Shown piece by piece: positions 1 through 12,755 of a stretch of DNA of 64,000 bases. Under the pieces are notes generated by a model. That model saw only the letters and a list, made by a program, of their open reading frames with translations. It was not told the DNA's origin and ran no database searches. The translations under genes and the position numbers were made by a program. Within the stretch, counting starts at the first letter, position 1. Every line of letters begins with the position of its first letter. This DNA comes from Paraspadella gotoi (lineage: Eukaryota > Animalia > Chaetognatha), in assembly GCA_051294375.1 (NCBI GenBank), contig CM119264.1, positions 2,042,481-2,106,480 of the forward strand, given 5' to 3'.

Positions 1-730
1 TGTTGTGCGATTGCGACTACCGACTATTCAATCAGTCAAGCAAATACAAGCACTCTTTTATAAAGAAAGCAAGCAACGTAAAAAAAAAATTAGAGGAAAT
101 GAGAGGAAGGGCGGAAATCCATACGTTAAGATGGTTATAAATGTAATAATTTTCTTATTAAATTCATTTTTATTGGTTAGTTTTACATTTTTCCCACCCG
201 CAGTATCGAGAGAGAGAGAGAGAGAGAGNNNNNNNNNNNNNNNNNNNNNNNNNNNNNNNNNNNNNNNNNNNNNNNNNNNNNNNNNNNNNNNNNNNNNNNN
301 NNNNNNNNNNNNNNNNNNNNNNNNNNNNNNNNNNNNNNNNNNNNNNNNNNNNNNNNNNNNNNNNNNNNNNNNNNNNNNNNNNNNNNNNNNNNNNNNNNNN
401 NNNNNNNNNNNNNNNNNNNNNNNNNNNNNNNNNNNNNNNNNNNNNNNNNNNNNNNNNNNNNNNNNNNNNNNNNNNNNNNNNNNNNNNNNNNNNNNNNNNN
501 NNNNNNNNNNNNNNNNNNNNNNNNNNNNNNNNNNNNNNNNNNNNNNNNNNNNNNNNNNNNNNNNNNNNNNNNNNNNNNNNNNNNNNNNNNNNNNNNNNNN
601 NNNNNNNNNNNNNNNNNNNNNNNNNNNNNNNNNNNNNNNNNNNNNNNNNNNNNNNNNNNNNNNNNNNNNNNNNNNNNNNNNNNNNNNNNNNNNNNNNNNN
701 NNNNNNNNNNNNNNNNNNNNNNNNNNNNNN

Positions 731-1628
731 ATTATGCTACCGGCACCAAGTTATTCAATGGAATTAGAAATATTCGGCACTCGGCTTTCACAAAAAGGCA
801 ATGATCGACGCTGATTTGATGATTGAGTTGTAAATGGAAGCTCGTGATTGGTCAAGAAAAACAACATCGTCAACTACGAAATCTAAAATTTCGGAGCTGG
901 CGATTGGTCGATTGATAATAGTGAATGCGGTCTCATAATTGGTTCGCAACGAAATGAATTCGTTGGTTACTCGAGTGGGTTCTGCAAAGTAAAAAGATGA
1001 ATTTGGAATTGAGTGAGTGATTAAGTGATAGGGAGAGAGAATTTTTTTTTTTAGGGAGAGAGAAAGTGACTCAGAGAGAGAGAGAGACTACGAAGAATGG
1101 TTTCCTCTTGTAATCTCATAAGGCGACTTTGCTGTCCCGTGAATCCAAGGATGGAGCTTGACGTGATTGTGTCACGTGATTTCGAGCAGAGGATCTCACG
1201 TGATGAGAGTCACGTGACAGAATCACGTTTCACGCACGAGAAAATCTTTTTCCTCATTTTCGTGTTTTTTCCGCAAAGAAAGAAAATTGAAAGAGAAAGT
1301 TGAACATATGGAGGAAGAGAGAAAGAGGAAGACGACGACGACGATGACAGTGACGACGACGACAGTGAAGACGACGATGAAGACGATGAGGACGACGACA
1401 ATGAAGACGAAGACGACGACGAAGACGACGACGACGACGAAACATCTGCTTTCCGCTTTTTTTGTGAATTATTTCCATCTCTCCTTTTCCCGCCCCAACT
1501 TATTGAGAGTGAGTCCCACCCACTGGCCGACCTATTGTTCCTTACCCAGCGATCCAGAAGAGATTTTCTTAAACTCACCCTCGGATGCACCCGGCCTTTC
1601 CTTACCTTTTTAGGAAAGGGCTGAATCT

Positions 1629-1660
<32 letters not shown>
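731..1660. repeat. Source copy of direct duplication A (noisy copy at ~2561-3640)
   Basis: ttatgctac...ggcaatgatcg...gagtcccaccc...aggaaagggctgaa recur in the same order at 2561-3640 with many 1-nt insertions. Confidence 0.85.
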
Positions 1661-2560
1661 AAGCTGGTCGAACCCAAATGTTTTTTCATTTTTTTTTTTT
1701 TCGAGTTTAATTTATTCTTAATCTTTTTTTGTTTTTTCTGTCCCTCGTTTGCTTTGGATAGAAAATTGCTGGTTGTAGAATATCATTATTGATTTATTCT
1801 TTTTTTGCAATTGGACGAGCCCATCGTGCGCTGCTTTTTTGTTCGCTTTATATTGCTCAGCGGAGATGTTGATGAAACTTTCAGGACCAAACGGTGAAAA
1901 ATATAGATATAAAATGAAAAATTCAGGGAAGCAGTGAGGTGAGGGAAAGAAATTACATACTGCACATAGTGCGCACAGAACGTAAAAATAACGTGAGGGA
2001 CGCTGGTGTCCGAGTATACGGAAAAACCAACACTAGACTATTCGCACTCGTGAGCGGGAGACTCGCTCTCCTAATATGGTCGCGCCGCAGAGAGAAGAGA
2101 GAGAGAGAGAGAGTGAGGAGGAGAATAGAGAGAGGAGAGAGAGAGAAGAAAGGAAGTGAGAGAGAGAGAAGAAGATGAAGTTAATGGAGGGGGAGAGGAT
2201 TTTAAAAGCGACGGTGGAAGAATGGCGATGCAACGAGGGAGACTCGTTGGAGATAGATGTCTTGGAATAATTGGTAGGGGGACTTTGGACTGGCTCTTCG
2301 GGGGATTACAAACCGTGACTCGTGTGTTGTTGGCACTGGGGACGTTCGAGTGCTTAGGTCTGGCTCGCAACGTATCACTTCTACATCCTCAAGTACACTG
2401 TCGATGAATAGTACGTTTGTCACAAAGATCATCGCAGCATGGCATTCTCCCCACATCATTCTCTCTATCGAAGAGTCTGTAGAATTCTCTCCCTCATCGA
2501 AAGCACCTTTACCATTCAGTCATATTTACCTTCTATAATTTCGGCTCAGTCTACCAATGA

Positions 2561-3640
2561 TTATGCTACACAGGACACCAAGATTATTCAATTGGAATAA
2601 AATTTAATTCGGCATCATACGGCGTTTCACAAAAAGGCAATGATCGGACGCTGATTTGGATGAATTGACTTGTTTAATTGGGAAGCTAGGGTGATTGAAT
2701 CAAGAAAGAACAAACATACGTCAACGATGACGGAATCTAACTTCGGCAGCTGGCGGATTGGTTCGGGAGTGGATAAAGTGAATTATTCATCATGATTGGG
2801 TATCGCGTGCAACGGAAATAGAATCTTCTGTTGGGTTACTCAAGTCTATGGAGTTTCATGCATAGTGAAAAGAATGAATGTCGAATTGGGAGTTGAAGTG
2901 AAAGTGATAGGGAGAGAAAAGTTGACCCAATGAAGAGAAGGAGAGAGTAGAGAGAAGAGAGAGCAGATGAAGAAGGACTCAGGTTTGCGAACGAGAGGCG
3001 TGAATGTTTTTTCCGATATATGGAAAATATCTCATAGGTCGCACTGTATGCTGTCGCCGTGAATCCAAGTTGTGTAGCGTTAGCGTGATTGTAGAGGCGT
3101 CTACGTGATTTTCGGAAGCAGGAGAGATCCACGTCGATGGAAGACGTCAACGATGGAACCAAATCGTACACGTTTCGGACGGCACGCAGAAAATCTCATT
3201 TCTGTCCTCAGATTTCGTGGTTTGTATTATGTCCGCAAAGAAAGAAAAAATTGAGAGACGAAAAGTGTGGAACGCAATAATGAGGAAAGAGATGAAAGAG
3301 GGAGGGAACGACGGACGACAATGTCATAGAGAAAAGACTACGGGACGACGATGATAGTATCGACGTCAACTGTGAAGACGACGAACGACGATCCCGGAGA
3401 AACAATTCGAGCATTCCGCTCATTTGTTTGGAGTATTTCCATTCTCCTTGTCCAACACGCGCCAACTTGATTGAAAGTTGAGTCCCACCCACAGTGGGCC
3501 GATGCCTATCTTGTTTCCTTTTACCTCATGCGATTCCGAAATGAGATTTCTTAAACCACTGGCCTCGGGATGTCACCGGCCTTTCCTTTACCTTTGTAGG
3601 AAAGGGCTGAAATCCTCAATCTCCAATTCTCTCTCTAATC
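2561..3640 (+). repeat. Indel-rich direct copy of 731-1660 (probable raw long-read gap fill)
   Basis: Colinear with 731-1660 but longer because of scattered single-base insertions; followed by a degraded (CT)n tract. Confidence 0.8.
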
Positions 3641-4403
3641 TATCTCCGAGCTTTTCTCTTCTCGACTACTAACTACTCGCTCTCTTTATATCGTCCTACC
3701 TTATCTGATGGCTATGCTTAATCGGATCGTAGTCTGTATCTCTCTATCTCTCATCTCGTGTCTCTGCTCTCGTCGCGGATCCTGTGAGTTCAAGCGTGTC
3801 GATCGATCGTTCCGAGCTCTCCCTTAATATCGCTCATCTGAAACTTATTCTACACTATCGTCCTCTCTCGTGCGGCCTACCTCTCATGTTTCTCGACTTT
3901 GCCAGTTATAGAGTTATTCATATGCCTTGTTATTTATTAATGTCTATATATGTGAACAGAGTAAAAGAACCATTAGATTGAAATTCCCAGAACCGCCACA
4001 TTTCACTTATGCGACCATCCCCCTGGCTCAATCTCTCCCTTCCGCCCCTGCGCCCACCACCGCCCGCCTCTCCCACCTCCTCAGTCTCCCTCTTTGAGGC
4101 GAACGAGACCGGAATTATTTTTTATGCACCAGATACTTTTCCCTTTTTTTTTTTTCTCCATTGTTTTTTAGGTAAAAAATAAAAAAGAAAAACAATGAGT
4201 TGATAGAAATAAAAGAGAAAGAGAACAACATAATTGTGAACGAACGGTATTCGGANNNNNNNNNNNNNNNNNNNNNNNNNACGACGACGACGACGACAAG
4301 GTCAAACGCTGCTAGTTACTCCAAAAAAACGAAATGATAGAGTTGCAACCATTTTGAACAATTCATACGTAAACGAATTCAGTAGTTTCATCAACTAAAA
4401 TTA

Positions 4404-4434
<31 letters not shown>

Positions 4435-4810
4435 TAGAAATGACCGGAGCAGTTGCATCAACAAATAAGTAGAATCAACAGTGAACTCACTGNNNNNNNN
4501 NNTCACGAAGACCACAACGACGACGACGACGCAGACAACGACGATAAAAACGACGACGACGACGTCGACGACAATAGAAAAACAACTAAAGCTTAAAGAA
4601 CAATTAATATTTTCGCTGGAGGCGAAAAGAATTTTCTGAATCGAAAAGAGAGAATAAATTGATTCTTTTTCCGAGGAAGTTAAAGGCGAAAGAGGGGGTT
4701 AGTCATCGTCGTCGTCGTCATCATCGTCTTATTCGTCGTCGTCATCGTCGTCATTGCATGATCGCCAATCACATCTTCGGTCATCGTCGTCTTCATTTTT
4801 TGCAACAAGA

Positions 4811-4849
<39 letters not shown>

Positions 4850-7140
4850 AACTTAGAAAATTGGTCGGATTTTTGATCAGTGGTCGTCGTCGTTATCATC
4901 ATCGTCGTCATCTTCGTCATTGTCGTCGTATTCTCTGCATTTCATACTCAATAAGTCAACGAATCAATGACCAGAAAATCTTTTTTAAATTGCATCAGAA
5001 AAATAAGGGAAAATTCAAAGGGAAAATAAGGGAAAATTCAATTTGACAGAAGAGTATCGGGCTCTCTTTTCTCAAAGCGTCCCATTTCTGTTTCTTTATC
5101 CTTAAATTTAATTTTAATATTAATATTAATATTTAACTTTAATTTATAATAATCCTTAACCCTATTTAAACTTAATCCTTAAACTAAACTATTACTTTAT
5201 AAATTCATAAATCTTTAACCCTAAAAAATTAATTTAATTTCAAATACATAATGAATTAGGGTTCTGAGGAGAAATAATGCCGAGAATCGAATGACCAAAA
5301 ACTTAGGCCGACAGAATTCGCCGACAAGTTAGAGTCTCAGCCGACTTTTAATGCCGACAGCGATGATGACCAAATTACAGAGGAAACCGCTAATCCTTAT
5401 GACATCGACGATGACATTTAACGACATCAGCGATGACATTGGACAATGGACATGTCGCGATTGACAACGGATCAAAAGGGACAAATCGAATTCTGACTTC
5501 GACAAGGATCGATTGTCAATTCCTCCTCTTCTTCCTCTTCCTCCTCCTCCTCCTCCTCCTCCTCCTTAGGTCGGACCGACATCAAAGGAAGCGGAACCTT
5601 TCCTGAACTAACAGCGTCGTAACTTACCTTTCAAATTGGCGGAAGATGACGACGACGACGACGACAACAACAACAACAACGATCCAGGTTCCAATCCGTC
5701 AGGCGACGACGAATTAGTTTTTTTCGTAAACAAGATTAGTGACGGCAAAGATCGAGAGGCGAAGGATCGAGGAAAAGATGGATTTTAGTTGCGCGAGAGA
5801 AGATCGACGCGAATGTAAACAAAAGGTAAACAAAGAGGTAAACAAATGACGATAAACAGAAAAAACAAAAGATCCAAACAAATCTGAGGTCATCGGATCC
5901 AAACGGAATTAATTCGGAGGCGAGGTGAGTTACGTCGTGAGGTTCGAGGTTAAAAGGTGAGGGTCAAATGAGGTTAAATCGCGGCGGAGAAAATCAAACG
6001 CGGCGGGAAAATCCTTGTCATTAATCAATAATTGCTGAGTTCGTTAAACACGTTTCGTGGTGAATTAAAAGGAAGTGATAAGTCTGAGTCATCCAGTTTC
6101 TTCTTACGAAATGGTTAAACCCATTTTTTTTTAAATACAAATTATTCAATCATTTAATGAATAAGCTATCTCGCCCCTCACTTTAAACAGGCTACGGTGG
6201 CTTTAAGCCTTCATCCTTCTTACTAGGTAATAACATCGCAGAACTCTGAAACATTTCAATTAAAACTCTCTAACTCTCGAGTTTATTAACNNNNNNNNNN
6301 NNNNNNNNNNNNNNNNNNNNNNNNNNNNNNNNNNNNNNNNNNNNNNNNNNNNNNNNNNNNNNNNNNNNNNNNNNNNNNNNNNNNNNNNNNNNNNNNNNNN
6401 NNNNNNNNNNNNNNNNNNNNNNNNNNNNNNNNNNNNNNNNNNNNNNNNNNNNNNNNNNNNNNNNNNNNNNNNNNNNNNNNNNNNNNNNNNNNNNNNNNNN
6501 NNNNNNNNNNTCACTCTCGAGTTGATTAACTCCCAAAGAATCTGGCTTCATCGTTCAATCACAGAAATTCGTGAATGGAAATGAAGTGATTGCTCTGTCT
6601 AATTTTGGAGAGTGGGTCTGGTTATTTCTCACATGTGAATTTCCCGCCCGCCCGCGAAGAGTTCGGTGATTCTGTCACATCTTGATCGTTCGTCCCCAAA
6701 CAATTTCGCATCCAAATATCTGCGTCCCCAAAACTTTCTCCCTAATTGTTCCCATTAGACCCCCGACCGTTCGTACGGAAAAAAAACCCGGACGTCGTAA
6801 AACGAGGCGACCGGACAAACGGACAATGGGACAATGTGAGGCGAAAGATCGTGAGAGGTCGTTGGAGAGAGAGAGAGAGAGAGAGAGAGACGATGAGACC
6901 GTCTTTTTAGCGAAGACGTTAAAAATCTGAGAATTCGATGGTGAGAAACTCGTTCCTCTTTTTCGTCGAAACCAAAGATTTTAAGAAAATGAAGGAAAGA
7001 TTTATTGGAAAAGGGAAAGATTTAGAGTTTTAGATGGAAAGGGAAGAAAAAGATTTGGGAAAGATTTATAATGATTTAGATTTTTTGAAAAAAATTTAAA
7101 GTTGAGTGTTGAGATTTCATGCGCTTAGGGACTCACTACT

Positions 7141-7252
7141 AGGAATGCACTGGTAGGGATCAATGCTAGGGATGCAATGCTTGGGATGCATTGCTAGGGA
7201 TGTATTGCTTGGGATTCAATGCTTGGGATGCAATGCTTGGGATGCAATGCTA
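7141..7252. repeat. ~14-bp minisatellite (GGGATGCAATGCT[T/A]), about 8 units
   Basis: Tandem units read directly from the sequence. Confidence 0.85.
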
Positions 7253-10200
7253 GTGACGCGCTGATAAGAACCCGATTTACTGTTCTTGACTCGTGGCGAA
7301 GAAAGAAGCAAAAAATAACAGTAACAAAGAAGAATGAGGAAAATAAACAAACTGAGTGCGAAACGATATCAACTTTGGTCGTCGTCGTCGTCGTCGTTGT
7401 TATCGTCATCTTCATCTTCATCTTCGTCTTCGTTATCGTCTTAAACATCTAAGTCGTCGTATTCTTCGTCTTCATCTTCGTCGTCGTCGTCTTCATCGCT
7501 CATCCTTCCGGAAAGAGAGAGACGGTTTCGTGCGTGGATTCGGTGGACGAACGGCTCGAGGGTCCTTTTGTCGTTGTTGTCGGTTTGGTTTAGATTGTTG
7601 TTATGTTATTGTTGTGGTAATGTACTCATTGTTTCACAACGTCTGCTGAGGACGGTAGAGGATGTTGAGTTCGTGTACGGTGTCGTTGGTGTCGTGCGCG
7701 TCGCGGATCAGTCGTCGGCAAAGTGAGGTTACTTATGTTTGTCGTCGTCGTTCCGTCTTCGATCCAATCTGTGGCCGTGATTTCAATCCCATCGGCGGGG
7801 GTGGTTAAATGACGAGAGAGGAGGAGGAGGAAGGAGGAAAAGAAAGACACAACAGGGGCGAAAGATAGAGTAGCGCGCGACCACAATCCTTTAATAATTT
7901 CTTTTCGGTCTTTTACAAGTCTATACCTTACAATCGAATCCGCGGCTTACCGATCGAGAAAATACGCGCTTGAGAAAATATTTCTTTTCACCTTCCTCAA
8001 GATGTAATGTCTTTTATCTTTTTATATCCGCCATAGAAGTCTAAAGAATTACGGGAGTTGTGAAATCGGAATTCGAATCCGAGAGACGATGAATGGTAAA
8101 AGAGAAAGAGAGGTAAGAAAGAGAAATAACAACGGTGGGAGATCGATAAGAAGACGTTGACAGAAAAGTAAGAGAAGGTCAAGCATCTGAACTGGCGCGC
8201 TCACAGGCAATATACTGGAGGAAGGCTTTATTCGTTGGTTTTGGATTTCAAGTTCATCCTTAGCTCATCTTTTTTTTTTAGGACTACAATGATAGCTCAT
8301 CCATCTCTAACGTTTCGATCACTATACAATACCCTTCTTTTTTTTTTTTTGCCCTGCGTTTGACACTGGCACGCCTCCGGCGCGGCAGCTGAGGCGTTCT
8401 GAGAATGTGTAAAAGACCGGACGATCAGACGATGAATGAAGCAGCAGAAGACGGACAGGACGAAAGCGAAGACAATAGNNNNNNNNNNNNNNNNNNNNNN
8501 NNNCGTCGTCGTCGTCGTCGTCTTCATCATCGTCGTCGTCGTCTTTCCACTCAACCGCCCATCGGCCCCCGGGGCGGAGCTTCAAGGGGAGAGAGGAGGA
8601 GGAGGAGGAGGAGGAGGAGGAGGAGGAAGAAGAGGAGCGGGGCGAAAGATAGAGTAGGCGGACCAGAGATGCGCTTTCTATTTTTCTCTTCACGTCTTCT
8701 TATCGATCGCGGGTTCGAATCCTTCTCAGGGTAAGTCTTTTTTATCCAGGGTAAGTTCTCGAATTTCGGGTGAGTTTGATCCGGAATTCGAGAGAGACGA
8801 TGAATGGTAAGGAAGAGAGAGTTAGAGTGGGTCAGAGGTAAGGAAGCGCAGCAATATGGAGGTAGGTTGGTTGGATTTATTTTTTTTTTTTTTTTAGGAA
8901 AAAATGAAAGTCATGAAGTTAATTGATCATAAATTACTTTTTTTTTGTCTGCCTGAAGCTACTACTTCATTGACTAAGAGAGAGAGANNNNNNNNNNNNN
9001 NNNNNNNNNNNNNNNNNNNNNNNNNNNNNNNNNNNNNNNNNNNNNNNNNNNNNNNNNNNNNNNNNNNNNNNNNNNNNNNNNNNNNNNNNNNNNNNNNNNN
9101 NNNNNNNNNNNNNNNNNNNNNNNNNNNNNNNNNNNNNNNNNNNNNNNNNNNNNNNNNNNNNNGACCAGGAATGAGACAGAGACAAAGAGTATGAGTCATC
9201 CCTTGTCAGACAAGTGATCCAAATTCCAGATATATAATCTTTTAATCGTCTATGAATAAAAAGAGTAGACTTCATTTTTTCCTACTATCTGTCTATAGTC
9301 TTCTTTTCTTACTTATCCTATTCTATTTCTAATTCCTATTAGTAACCATCTTACTAATTCCTTTCTCAGTTCTTCTAAATTCTAATCCTTTTTCTAATCC
9401 TTTTTCCCCTTAATTTCCTAATCTTTTCTTTCTTCTCTTTACTTCTCTTTCATTCGTCACGTTTTCTCCTCCCATTTTTTTCCTCTTCCTTTCTTATTAC
9501 TTTACTTCATTCTCCTTATTTCTTCTCTTTATTTTTCCTTAATTTTCCTCCTTTATTTTCCTTACTTTTTCTCTTTATTTTTCCTTAATTTTCCTCCTTT
9601 ATATTCCTTATTTCTTCTCTTTATTTTTCCTTAATTTTCCTCCTTTATTTTCCTTATTTTTCCTCTCATAAATTGTTGTGATTTCTCCTCCATTTTTATC
9701 GCCACCGAATTGTAACTCGATCTGAGAGAGAGAGTCTGAATTACNNNNNNNNNNGGCGAAATAAAGTAGGTCTCTATATTTTTCGCTCCCGTATTATTTT
9801 CCACAAATTTCTTTCTTTATTTTTTCTTTTCTCTTTTTCCTTTTTGTCTCAAACTTTCAAGTCCTTTTTTTTTCGTTTTTTCCTCTTCAAACTTTCCACG
9901 CATCCACTTTTCTCACTTTTTCCGTTATTATTCTTTTCCTTTTTTTTTCCTTTCTTCCCTTCCACATCTCCTTTTCATCTTCCACAATCCCATCGTCTCG
10001 ATTCACATCTCACATCTCACCCCAGACCTAAAGAGCCTCTGCCCCTCTCATCCCCCCCCTTTCCCTCCATTTCACCGGATTCTCCTTTTGTTCACCAAAT
10101 TCACTCGATCCCATTTTTTTCTCGCGATTTCTCTGGATCGAGTGAATTTCTCCCGACTCGATCCTTCAACAAAGGGTCGAGCCTCTTCGAGTGTCTCCAA

Positions 10201-10858
10201 CATCTGGTGGCTCCGCCTCCCGGAGTCTGCGTCCGACGACGACGACGACAACGACGACGNNNNNNNNNNNNNNNNNNNNNNNNNNNNNNNNNNNNNNNNN
10301 NNNNNNNNNNNNNNNNNNNNNNNNNNNNNNNNNNNNNNNNNNNNNNNNNNNNNNNNNNNNNNNNNNNNNNNNNNNNNNNNNNNNNNNNNNNNNNNNNNNN
10401 NNNNNNNNNNNNNNNNNNNNNNNNNNNNNNNNNNNNNNNNCGACGACGACGACGACAACGAGGACGCGACGTCTGTTTCCTTCTTCCGGTTGGAGGATCA
10501 GTGGAGGAATGGAAACGATTGATTGATTGGTTGGTTGGTTGATTGATTGGTTGTTTGATTATTTGATTTGTTGTTGTTAAGGTGAAATAAAAATTAATTG
10601 TTAAGACTCATTTGTAAAATACCGTTGGGTTCAAAAAGTGAGATGTAATCACAGTATGATTTCGAAATTATAAGTTAATTTCCTAATGCTTGCAGCTTGC
10701 ATAAGAAGCTTGGTGAAGAGGTTTCGTTAAAAGGTTTTCTCGGTAAAAATCTCTTCGAGTGAATTTGATCCAAAGATGAAAAGAAAAAGTTTGAGCCATC
10801 AACGTCGGATCTGGGTAAGGTAATTTAGCGGTAATATGATAAGTGATGATATGATATG

Positions 10859-10932
<74 letters not shown>

Positions 10933-10937
10933 AATAC

Positions 10938-11001
<64 letters not shown>

Positions 11002-11012
11002 AATAATAATAA
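10859..11012. repeat. (ATA)n microsatellite
   Basis: About 50 near-perfect AAT units; source of the poly-I and poly-L ORFs in the track. Confidence 0.97.
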
Positions 11013-11650
11013 TCATAACAAATCATAACATTATAACTCAAAACAAACTTCTCTGTAATTCTATGAAAAAATCTATAAATGAACCAGTCAATGAACCAGT
11101 GGCTGCGCCAATACATGTAAATTTATATTTTTCCCGCCAAATTTACCTTAGTGGCATGATGCGTTGCAGCTGTGTGCGTCTGCATCGAGATGCGCAGAAT
11201 CTTAGCGCGTTCCGTTTAATCAACGTTCCACCTCTAAGCGTCTACCACGCCCAGTGCGATGCCATCATGCAATATCTTTGTACACTGTCTCTCTCTCTCT
11301 ATCTCTTTCTCTCTCTCTCTCTTTCTCTCTCTCTGTCGAACTCATTCCCAACTCCATTTCTCTCGCTCCCGGATTTCATTACATGTAAATCTAATTCTAA
11401 CTTTTGGAATTTGTTTTTTTTTCTCATTCGTCGAAAACGTAAAGTGAGTACGATATGAAATACAAATTACAAATTTAAGCGTTTAGATTATTTTATTTTG
11501 TTCTTTCATGATTAAATAAGCTGAAGAAATTAAACAAAATTCAGGTTTTTATTTACATTTCTCTCTCTTCTGTTTCATGAGAACTAATTCAACTATGGAA
11601 CGTTAGAAAGTGTAATTAATCAGAATTTCAGAAAAAGAGAAGCATAAAGA

Positions 11651-11729
11651 ATGAAGCAAATACTAGTTGTAGTTGGAATTTGCTTGCTGCTCTCTGCTTG
11701 CAAGGCTGCAACAACACGGACCATTAAAG
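11651..11729 (+). CDS. Signal-peptide exon of a secreted C-type-lectin-like protein (MKQILVVVGICLLLSACKAATTRTIK)
   Basis: ATG, basic n-region, hydrophobic core and small-residue cleavage region, followed by a G|GTAAAC donor (phase 1). Confidence 0.7.
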
Positions 11730-11984
11730 GTAAACAATGTAAATAACTAAATATGCGTACAAATATAATACAAAACGTAGAATTTAAGCAGCTAACATTC
11801 CGAGAGCGAGAAACTAACCTATAATGGGTGAGAGAGATACAGAGAGAAAGAGAGAGAGTCAGTCCCCGACTTCCCTGGCTATAGCACAACAAAGAGACCA
11901 AGCAAGGTTGCCCCCATGCTGGCGAAACCTCCTACGCCACAATTGACTCTTATAATTCCAAATCTGCGCATCTCTTTTTCTCAG

Positions 11985-12013
11985 CCGAAACTCGTCGCAA
12001 CCTGACCGACTTC
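11985..12013 (+). CDS. Start of exon 2 of the same gene (AETRRNLTDF), truncated by an N gap
   Basis: Pyrimidine tract tctctttttctcag acceptor; phase-compatible with the exon ending at 11729. Confidence 0.55.
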
Positions 12014-12270
12014 NNNNNNNNNNNNNNNNNNNNNNNNNNNNNNNNNNNNNNNNNNNNNNNNNNNNNNNNNNNNNNNNNNNNNNNNNNNNNNNNNNNNNNN
12101 NNNNNNNNNNNNNNNNNNNNNNNNNNNNNNNNNNNNNNNNNNNNNNNNNNNNNNNNNNNNNNNNNNNNNNNNNNNNNNNNNNNNNNNNNNNNNNNNNNNN
12201 NNNNNNNNNNNNNNNNNNNNNNNNNNNNNNNNNNNNNNNNNNNNNNNNNNNNNNNNNNNNNNNNNNNNNN

Positions 12271-12475
12271 ACGTCCTGGATTCGGTGGAGAACAACTTCG
12301 ATCCGGGCGAAGAGTCGCTCGACGTCCTTATCGGCGGGAGATCGAGTCGCGAGGGCGGCTTCAAATGGAAGGCGGGCCAACCGATTCCGGTCGCCTGGAT
12401 CAAAGGCCCCGATTTTCCCGAACGCAACTCGGATTCGCCCTTCGTCTTTATCAAATACATCCACTACGCTTGGTT
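12271..12475 (+). CDS. Internal coding fragment, C-type lectin-like domain (VLIGGRSSREGGFKWKAGQPIPVAW)
   Basis: GC-rich open frame between two gaps; resembles the CTLD 'WIG...F.W..G.P....W' signature. Confidence 0.55.
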
Positions 12476-12711
12476 NNNNNNNNNNNNNNNNNNNNNNNNN
12501 NNNNNNNNNNNNNNNNNNNNNNNNNNNNNNNNNNNNNNNNNNNNNNNNNNNNNNNNNNNNNNNNNNNNNNNNNNNNNNNNNNNNNNNNNNNNNNNNNNNN
12601 NNNNNNNNNNNNNNNNNNNNNNNNNNNNNNNNNNNNNNNNNNNNNNNNNNNNNNNNNNNNNNNNNNNNNNNNNNNNNNNNNNNNNNNNNNNNNNNNNNNN
12701 NNNNNNNNNNN

Positions 12712-12755
12712 CGTTGGACGCCGAAGGATTAGCAGGAATCTGCAATTCTGCATGA
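12712..12755 (+). CDS. C-terminal fragment of the lectin-like gene (LDAEGLAGICNSA*)
   Basis: Ends in GIC, like the terminal CTLD F-I-C strand; TGA at 12753-12755; AATAAA at 12781. Confidence 0.45.

Noticed and set aside
5-814. Long ORFs through N runs (also 20980-22062, 26675-27632)
   Set aside because: Their length comes from undetermined bases.
5341-5421. Acidic mini-ORF PTFNADSDDDQITEETANPYDIDDDI* after a cag
   Set aside because: Too short, weak acceptor and no partner exons identified.
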